A DNA stretch of 64,000 nucleotides from Coraliomargarita sp. (GTDB lineage: Bacteria; Verrucomicrobiota; Verrucomicrobiia; Opitutales; Coraliomargaritaceae), in contig OZ244160.1 in the NCBI GenBank assembly GCA_965216325.1, positions 352,001 to 416,000 of the forward strand, read 5' to 3'. Every line of letters begins with the position of its first letter. The stretch's first letter is position 1. This document shows, one piece after another, positions 19,167 to 25,993 of this stretch. The position numbers and the translations under genes were made by a program. The notes under the pieces were generated by a model that was given only the letters and a program-made list of their open reading frames with translations, did no database searches and was not told the DNA's origin.

Positions 19167-21098
19167 TCATTTCACGCTCAACTTTAGCAGTTTGCCTTTG
19201 AATTTTTCTTTAGGCGACTTGGGGTCTACCGGATTCCCATAATCGAAGCCGACGCTTAGGTCTTCGACAGGCCACTTGCTTATCCAATGATCGCCCGCTT
19301 GGGAACGCACAGCCTCGTTGTCTCCAACCTGCACAAACAGGTGCCCTTTATCATCCATTCCCGCCGCAAAGCCGAATTTCCCTGCTGGAGCCGGAGTTTT
19401 GACGCGTTCAAGGTGTTTCTTGCCTGTTGATACAGCAAACACCAGCTCGCCGTTGTTGAGGTAGAGAGTGTAGCCGACTGCGGCTCCACCATGGGCCAGA
19501 ACAACTTGCTTCGCCTCGGCAGGGACTTCCATTTCTCCGCTGATTTTAAACGCTTTCTTCACCATGGCTGGCGCGCTCTTTGATGCATAAACGTCACCCA
19601 CCTTGACCTTTGACCAGTCGAGTTTTGCGGCAACTTTTTGTATTCCTTTGCGGCCACCAGGCTTAATACCACTACCAATCTCCTTTTGCTTTTCGCCAAT
19701 GAGACCCTCGAGGCGTTTGAAGACTTCAGGATACTTGTCTGCAAGATTCGTTTTTTCTCCTGGATCAGACTCTAAATCGTACAAGGCTTTTTGTCCTGCT
19801 TTCCTCTTTAAGCCCCAGGAGCCTCCACCGAGGGCCTCCTGCAACTTCCATTTGCCACTGCGAACGGCCTGTACATCCCAGCCATAGAGATAAAAGAAGT
19901 CTTTTTCAGGCACCTCTCCTTCTTCAAGGGCAAGGAGCGGCCAAATGTTCTGCCCATCGATCACTCTGTCGTTCGGCAGTGGCTGCCCCGCCAGTGTGGC
20001 GATTGTCGGGAATAGATCCAACATGGAGGTAACTTGGGTACATACTCTGCCGGCAGCCACCTTCCCGGGCCAGCGGATGATCATCGGCACACGCTGTCCA
20101 CCCTCATGAGTTGAGAACTTCCCTCCTTTTAGGGGCTTGGCGCTTCCACTCAGCTCCCCCAACCCAAGCCAGGGGCCGTTGTCTGAGGTGAAAATGACCA
20201 GAGTATTGTCGTCAATATTCAATTCTTTCAATGTTGTCAGCAGACGCCCGACATTGGCGTCCAGCTCCTCAATGGTATCTCCATAGAAGCCCTGCTTGCT
20301 TTTGCCCCGGAATGGGTTGGTTGCTGCAAGGGGGATGTGGGGCATCGCGTGCGGCAGATAGATAAAAAACGGCTTATTTTCATTTGCATTGGTTTTGATA
20401 AATGTAATGGCCTCATCGGTATAACGCTGGGTCAGAGTCGTCTGATCCACCGGAAACTCAATTACCTCTTCATTGAGCATTAGAGGTAATTTAAATTTCT
20501 CATGGGGAGATTTTAAGCCACCGCCTTTCTTCGAATAGGCACCAGATTGAATTTTCTGCACCGTCGCTCCGCCGTTGAGCTTTAGGTCAGATGCCAGGGG
20601 TGCTGTTTTATCAATCCACATATCGTTGCTGTAGGGAATACCCAAATAATAATCAAAACCCTGTCGAGTAGGGAGAAACTCGGACTTGTGGCCCAGGTGC
20701 CATTTGCCGATACAAGCCGTCGCGTATCCGGCGTTCTTAAGAACTTCTGCAATGGTCACCTCTGTTGTGGGAAAGCCATGGGAGTCATGAGGGAACAATA
20801 CGTTTGGTACCTTACAGCGGGTGGGATAGCGACCCGTCAACATTGCAGCGCGCGAAGGTGAACACACGGCATTTGCCGAATAAAAATCGGTAAAACGAAC
20901 ACCTTCAGCAGCCATGCGGTCGAGGTTGGGGGTATTGATATCTTGCGCGCCGTAGCACCCCGCATCGGCATAGCCCATATCATCGGTGAAAATTACTATC
21001 ACGTTGGGGCTTTTTGTGGTGGCTTCACCGGCGAACAACTGGCCGGCAAAGGCCAGTGCAGTTACCGTGAGAATCATTGTTATTGTTTTTGTGCTCAT
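19167..21098 (-). CDS. Secreted arylsulfatase (S1) with C-terminal LamG-like module; shared leader
   Basis: PNVIVIFTDDMGY, CSPSRAAMLTGR, GKWHLG, GIPYSNDM, SDNGPW. Confidence 0.93.
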   Translation of the reverse strand: MSTKTITMILTVTALAFAGQLFAGEATTKSPNVIVIFTDDMGYADAGCYGAQDINTPNLDRMAAEGVRFTDFYSANAVCSPSRAAMLTGRYPTRCKVPNVLFPHDSHGFPTTEVTIAEVLKNAGYATACIGKWHLGHKSEFLPTRQGFDYYLGIPYSNDMWIDKTAPLASDLKLNGGATVQKIQSGAYSKKGGGLKSPHEKFKLPLMLNEEVIEFPVDQTTLTQRYTDEAITFIKTNANENKPFFIYLPHAMPHIPLAATNPFRGKSKQGFYGDTIEELDANVGRLLTTLKELNIDDNTLVIFTSDNGPWLGLGELSGSAKPLKGGKFSTHEGGQRVPMIIRWPGKVAAGRVCTQVTSMLDLFPTIATLAGQPLPNDRVIDGQNIWPLLALEEGEVPEKDFFYLYGWDVQAVRSGKWKLQEALGGGSWGLKRKAGQKALYDLESDPGEKTNLADKYPEVFKRLEGLIGEKQKEIGSGIKPGGRKGIQKVAAKLDWSKVKVGDVYASKSAPAMVKKAFKISGEMEVPAEAKQVVLAHGGAAVGYTLYLNNGELVFAVSTGKKHLERVKTPAPAGKFGFAAGMDDKGHLFVQVGDNEAVRSQAGDHWISKWPVEDLSVGFDYGNPVDPKSPKEKFKGKLLKLSVK

Positions 21099-21171
21099 GG
21101 TGTTTCCCTTTATTAAATGTTTCTCGCTCGCATCTATCTGCTATTCAGAAGCGGACTATTTCTTCCACATT

Positions 21172-21197
21172 GATCCGCGCGCTGACGCGCACGGATC
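21172..21197 (-). other. GC-rich stem-loop downstream of GH2 copy B
   Basis: GATCCGTGCGC-GTCA-GCGCGCGGATC on the minus strand, 11-bp stem with one G-U pair. Confidence 0.55.
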
Positions 21198-21236
21198 GTT
21201 TATGCGATCACTTCGTGTCTTTATCTTCTGTGGGTA

Positions 21237-23540
21237 TTATTCTGCATCTTCATATACCAGAGAGACATCGATGTACTGACCACCGCCTGCGTTCTGGCAA
21301 TGAACAGCCAAGGTGTTTTGGCCCTTTTTGAGCGCCGCCTGGGCTTCGGGCGAGATTTTAACATCCTTGTATCCAGTCGTATAACCAACAAGCTTTGCGG
21401 CCTGTACGCCATTGATATAGACAGTTGCGTCCTCATCCCAAAACGCATCGAGCATCAGTGATCCCTCTCCCGGATCAAAGCTGAAAGAACTCCTTATCCA
21501 GATGTTTGGCGTGGTCCACTCGGTTTTGATGAAAGTACCTGGAGTATTTCTACTCCCGATTCCGGCAGGACCCTCAGTCCAGTTGTTTGCTGTGAACTCA
21601 GGATTCATCCAATTTTTAGCCGGCTTCGTTGTCGTATAGCGCACGGGAACTTTGTTGGCTTTGGCGCGTTTGATGACGTACTTGCGAGGCACCACTTTTT
21701 TATAGAGCGGCGCGTGAATTTCCTTCAGGGTTTCGGCCGGAATCTTGATGATCTTGCGGTCATAACTCATCAGGCCGTTGATCTCCAGTTCAACATCAGA
21801 TGTTTGTGTATAGATCCCACCGGCAACACCGCTGCGTTTGAGGTCGAGTAGACGCCTGGCCGACTCTTTATATCGGTCAAGAAGTTCGTTCAGACTTTTA
21901 GGCACCGAGCCGTAGCTGTATGGTCTTCCTTTTGAAGTCCAACGGTTTTCTTTTGGCACAAAAAAGCCGTGTCCGCCATATTCACCGACAACCTTAATGT
22001 AATCATCGAAGCGGGGATCTTCGGTAGGGAATTTAGGATGAGGATACTGGTGATGATCGGCCACATCGCCGACAGGCCAGAAGTTTCCTCCGCTTGCACC
22101 ATTCACCAGACGGCTGGGATCATAATCGACAGTCCATTGGACCACCTTCATCGTCCTGTGCTGCGCCCATCCTTCATTGAACGGGACCCAGGACACGATG
22201 CTCGGGTAATTGTATAAATAGTCGATCATTTCCTTGAGTTCATACATAAACTGTTGGTGAGCAGCTTCCGGCCAGTTGGGCTCGGTTGGATTCGGTTCCA
22301 AATGGGAATTCCACTTGGCATGAGGTGATCCCGAGACCTGATCCTGCCAGACCATCATGCCGACCTTGTCGCAGTGGGCGTAATAACGGCGCGGACGGAC
22401 CTTGATGTGATTGCGAATGCAGTTGAATCCGGCTGCCTTCAGGTAATCGATATCGAAACGCATAGCCTCGTCTGACGCAGGGGTCAGCAGCCCATCGGGA
22501 AACCAGCCCTGATCCAAAGGCCCGAGGTGGAAAATTTCCTTTCCGTTGAGGGTAAAGCGCCAGTTGCCAGCCTCGTCCTGCATCTTACCAACGGTGCGCA
22601 GTCCCGTGTATGACTCAACGGTATCAATGGAGTCCTTACCAGAAAGAAGTTCAACCTTTAGCTCATACAGGTGCGGGGTGTCCGGTGTCCACAGCTTAGC
22701 GTCTTTGATGGGAAGGACTGTATTTTCAAGAGAGCCCGTAGCCGACGCAACCTCTTTGCCCTCATAGAATGCCGTCACCTTCACACTGGAGGCTTTAACC
22801 GCGGCGTCATTAATAAATGTCTTTACCGAGATGGCAGCGGGTGCAATTGTTGTATCAATCTTAATGCGCTTGATGTAGGTCTGCGGTACGGATTCCAACC
22901 ATACAGTCTGCCAGATACCCGATACGCGAGTGTACCATATGCCATGTGGTCTGCGTGACTGCTTACCTAATAGCTGGTATTTTTCGGTTTCGTCGATGAC
23001 CTTAACGGAGATTGTATTCTCGCCTTCGATAGCGGCATCGGTAATGTCAAAGGAGAAGGGGGTGTTGCCGCCCTTGTGGGTTCCAACCAAGGTACCGTTG
23101 ACCCAGGCCGTGCACTCATAGTCTACCGCTTCAAAATGCAGGAGATGACGATGGTCCTTTTTCTTTAAATCGAATGTCCGCTGATACCACAGTTCTTCAC
23201 TAGGTTCGAGAAGGCGTTGTACTCCGGAAAGGCTCGACTCAATGCAGAACGGCACCAAGATATTGCCATTCCATTTATCGGGAGCACTGCTACTCGCATG
23301 CTTAGAGCGCTTTAAGACGGCGTACTGCCATAGTCCGTTAAGATTCTGCCAGTTCTCGCGAACCATCTGCGGACGTGGGTACTCCTGCCAGACATTCTCA
23401 GGCGTCACCGATTCAGCAAATTTCGTTTTGATATTATCACCTGCCGGTTTCCAATCTGTGGTAGTTTCAGCGGCTGATACTTGACCGGCAAAGGCCAGGG
23501 CAGCTATCGTGCCTAATGTTTTTACTCTTTTTTTGATCAT
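21237..23540 (-). CDS. GH2 glycoside hydrolase, copy B, lacking the CBM35-like tail
   Basis: Near-identical to 10845-13541 up to IDVSL, then ends VYEDAE*. Confidence 0.92.
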   Translation of the reverse strand: MIKKRVKTLGTIAALAFAGQVSAAETTTDWKPAGDNIKTKFAESVTPENVWQEYPRPQMVRENWQNLNGLWQYAVLKRSKHASSSAPDKWNGNILVPFCIESSLSGVQRLLEPSEELWYQRTFDLKKKDHRHLLHFEAVDYECTAWVNGTLVGTHKGGNTPFSFDITDAAIEGENTISVKVIDETEKYQLLGKQSRRPHGIWYTRVSGIWQTVWLESVPQTYIKRIKIDTTIAPAAISVKTFINDAAVKASSVKVTAFYEGKEVASATGSLENTVLPIKDAKLWTPDTPHLYELKVELLSGKDSIDTVESYTGLRTVGKMQDEAGNWRFTLNGKEIFHLGPLDQGWFPDGLLTPASDEAMRFDIDYLKAAGFNCIRNHIKVRPRRYYAHCDKVGMMVWQDQVSGSPHAKWNSHLEPNPTEPNWPEAAHQQFMYELKEMIDYLYNYPSIVSWVPFNEGWAQHRTMKVVQWTVDYDPSRLVNGASGGNFWPVGDVADHHQYPHPKFPTEDPRFDDYIKVVGEYGGHGFFVPKENRWTSKGRPYSYGSVPKSLNELLDRYKESARRLLDLKRSGVAGGIYTQTSDVELEINGLMSYDRKIIKIPAETLKEIHAPLYKKVVPRKYVIKRAKANKVPVRYTTTKPAKNWMNPEFTANNWTEGPAGIGSRNTPGTFIKTEWTTPNIWIRSSFSFDPGEGSLMLDAFWDEDATVYINGVQAAKLVGYTTGYKDVKISPEAQAALKKGQNTLAVHCQNAGGGQYIDVSLVYEDAE

Positions 23541-25937
23541 GCTATATCCCTTTATTAAATGTTTCTCGCTCGCATCTATCTGCTATTCAGAAGCGGACTA
23601 TTTCTTCCACTCAACTTTCTTATCAAACTCAAACCAATCCAGGTTAAACATGCCGCTCCCTTGCCCGGTAAAGACCAGGTAGAGATCCTGCTTGCCGCTC
23701 AGGCCGCTTACCTCGCAGGACATCTCATCCCAGAAACCCCAGTTTCCAGTAGGTTTCACGCGACAGGAACCGAGCAGTTTACCGCTTGCACTACCCAGCC
23801 TCAGCTCAATGGTGCCGCCATTTTTGTTGCCGCATGCTACCCGAGCCGTAAACGTTTTGATTCCCTCAGGGAACTCCATGCCCTCGAACATAATCCAGTG
23901 ACCGTTGTCGATATATCCAAGGTGATGCCCAGAACCTGAGCTTTCTTTTTTCGTGCCGGAATTTCTTGTGTACGCCTCTGCCTGGACGCCGGAAATAGGC
24001 TTTGGTTTATAGACGGGGAAATACACATTCTTCTCAGGAGAACCCGCACGGTTCAACCATCCCCCTTTTGAAGCGGCATAGTTATCGATTTTTCCGCGCA
24101 AGGCATCGTAGCCGGCAGGTTTTGTTTTCGAGACGACGATATCCTTTATGATATTGGTTTTGTTTTTACTATTATTGTTGAGCCAGAGATCTGTTTGATT
24201 GGTCCAGAATATGCAATTTCTATACGTATTCTTGTAGGTGTCATCATCCAGATGCAGGCAGTGTGATTGGTCAGCACCCACGTTGAGAGCTTTGCCCACA
24301 TTATACTGCCATAGGGTATCCAGTCCGGCTTCCCAGCTGTAGAGAGCGCCACCATCTCTCATCCTGGTCATCCAGTCTTCCAGGATGTTATACTCAACAA
24401 GATTATTGCTGGAGTGGAGTTTGGGAATCTTTGATGCGAGACCATAGGGCCGGTCTTTTTTCAGCTCATCCCAGCGTGCCTGGTACATGGCCTGCTTGTT
24501 GCCGTAGGAATCGGTTGTATCCACTCGTTTCGGATCATTCATCTGGTCGGGCTTCATGCCGATGATGGAAACTGCCGCGTAGGGCATCTCTTTGAACCAG
24601 TTATACCTAACCTTGTTATTATGGCTGCCATATATTTGGACTGGATTGGAGTGCATGTAATCGAGCCCCATGTGGTGGATATAGTTTCGCTCAATCAGGT
24701 GACTGTGGTTGAGATCGACATCTCCCGGGCCATAACCGGTAATACTGACTCCGCCTGAATTGTTGTACGCGATCTCATTGCCTGTAATAAATACTCTCTG
24801 CGCATAGTGATCCAGAGCTATTCCCTGAGATCCGGAGTTGGCGATCACACAGCTGTCAATCACAATATCCCGTACACCCTGGAGGAATATCATCGCATCC
24901 GAGCTCTCCCCATTTCGCGTGAGCCATTTCGGGTCGTACTCATGTTCACGGGTAAAATCACTGTACCTGAATACCAGATTGCGCAGCTCCACATGGTGCA
25001 CCTGCTGCTTCCACGCCTGCTCCTCTTCGTCTCCCTGAAAGCGGACGAGTTCACTCAATGAGGGAGAAAACGTCTTCTTGCCATCCATGGTGCCGTCTGC
25101 AGGCCAGTAATAGATCTTACCCGCAGCTGAATCCACCACATATTCATTCTCTGAATCCAGCAGTGGGATCGCATTGCGCAAGTTGTACCAACCACCGCCA
25201 TACAGCCTTATGTTACGGTATTGCACCGTTATATCGCTGTGCAGTCGTGCCGTACTCTTTTCCGGATCGATATCGCTCAACGTACCTATGATGTTCCACC
25301 AGACGGCGGTGGTCATAACGATTTCGGCATCATCGTTCCTGGGAAAGTTCTTAAGCGCTCCGGCAGGAAACCGCAACAATCGTCCTTTTACGGCTTCAGG
25401 GTGGCCACCGCTCAATCGGGGCCATTTCTTGAAGAATGTCCGGACCTGCGCCTGGGCGATCTGCTGTCTCACACCGTTCACAAAGAGATATTGCGGACGC
25501 CAGCCTTTCTCAATGCTCGCCTCGAAAACCTTACCCTTGGCAAGCTCCGGCAGCCCCGCCGGGTAGTCACTTACTTTCTTCCAGCCGGTGATGTATTTCT
25601 TGCTGGTGATTCGGGCTGTTTCTTTGGGATAGGAGCGGTATACCACAGGCTTTCCCTCTTCGCCGGAATCCTGAGGGGTCAGAATAAAGGTTTCGCTTAG
25701 ATTGTATTCGCCCTCGCGCAGATAGACCGTGAAGCCACCCGCGGGCAGCGGATTCGTCTTGCGGTACGCTCGAATCGCATCGCGCGACTTGGCAAGGGTC
25801 AGGAATGGCTTGGCTTCGGTGCCCGGGTTTGTGTCTTTTCCGTCCGGGGCGACGTAGAACGTTTCGCCGGCGAACAACTGACCGGCAAAGGTCAGTGCAG
25901 CTACCGTGAGGGGCTTCATTAATTTTTGGGTGATCAT
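21258..25937 (-). repeat. About 4.7-kb duplicated block, copy B
   Basis: Aligns to 11259-15947. Confidence 0.95.
23598..25937 (-). CDS. Right-handed beta-helix protein (GH141-like) with CBM6, copy B
   Basis: Paralog of 13599-15947; DGGALYS and LHLDDD motifs. Confidence 0.8.
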   Translation of the reverse strand: MITQKLMKPLTVAALTFAGQLFAGETFYVAPDGKDTNPGTEAKPFLTLAKSRDAIRAYRKTNPLPAGGFTVYLREGEYNLSETFILTPQDSGEEGKPVVYRSYPKETARITSKKYITGWKKVSDYPAGLPELAKGKVFEASIEKGWRPQYLFVNGVRQQIAQAQVRTFFKKWPRLSGGHPEAVKGRLLRFPAGALKNFPRNDDAEIVMTTAVWWNIIGTLSDIDPEKSTARLHSDITVQYRNIRLYGGGWYNLRNAIPLLDSENEYVVDSAAGKIYYWPADGTMDGKKTFSPSLSELVRFQGDEEEQAWKQQVHHVELRNLVFRYSDFTREHEYDPKWLTRNGESSDAMIFLQGVRDIVIDSCVIANSGSQGIALDHYAQRVFITGNEIAYNNSGGVSITGYGPGDVDLNHSHLIERNYIHHMGLDYMHSNPVQIYGSHNNKVRYNWFKEMPYAAVSIIGMKPDQMNDPKRVDTTDSYGNKQAMYQARWDELKKDRPYGLASKIPKLHSSNNLVEYNILEDWMTRMRDGGALYSWEAGLDTLWQYNVGKALNVGADQSHCLHLDDDTYKNTYRNCIFWTNQTDLWLNNNSKNKTNIIKDIVVSKTKPAGYDALRGKIDNYAASKGGWLNRAGSPEKNVYFPVYKPKPISGVQAEAYTRNSGTKKESSGSGHHLGYIDNGHWIMFEGMEFPEGIKTFTARVACGNKNGGTIELRLGSASGKLLGSCRVKPTGNWGFWDEMSCEVSGLSGKQDLYLVFTGQGSGMFNLDWFEFDKKVEWKK

Positions 25938-25993
25938 AGTAGATCCTTTATTAAATGTTTCTCGCCCGCGTTTATCTGATATTCAGAAGCGGA

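Noticed and set aside
13599..25937. Diversity-generating retroelement behind the variable patches
   Set aside because: No reverse transcriptase in the window; differences include an indel and all base types, not adenine-specific changes
11259..25937. The 9999-bp-offset duplication as a simple assembly artefact
   Set aside because: The copies differ in leaders, C-terminal tails, an in-frame indel and coherent divergent blocks with frames preserved; read confirmation is still advisable
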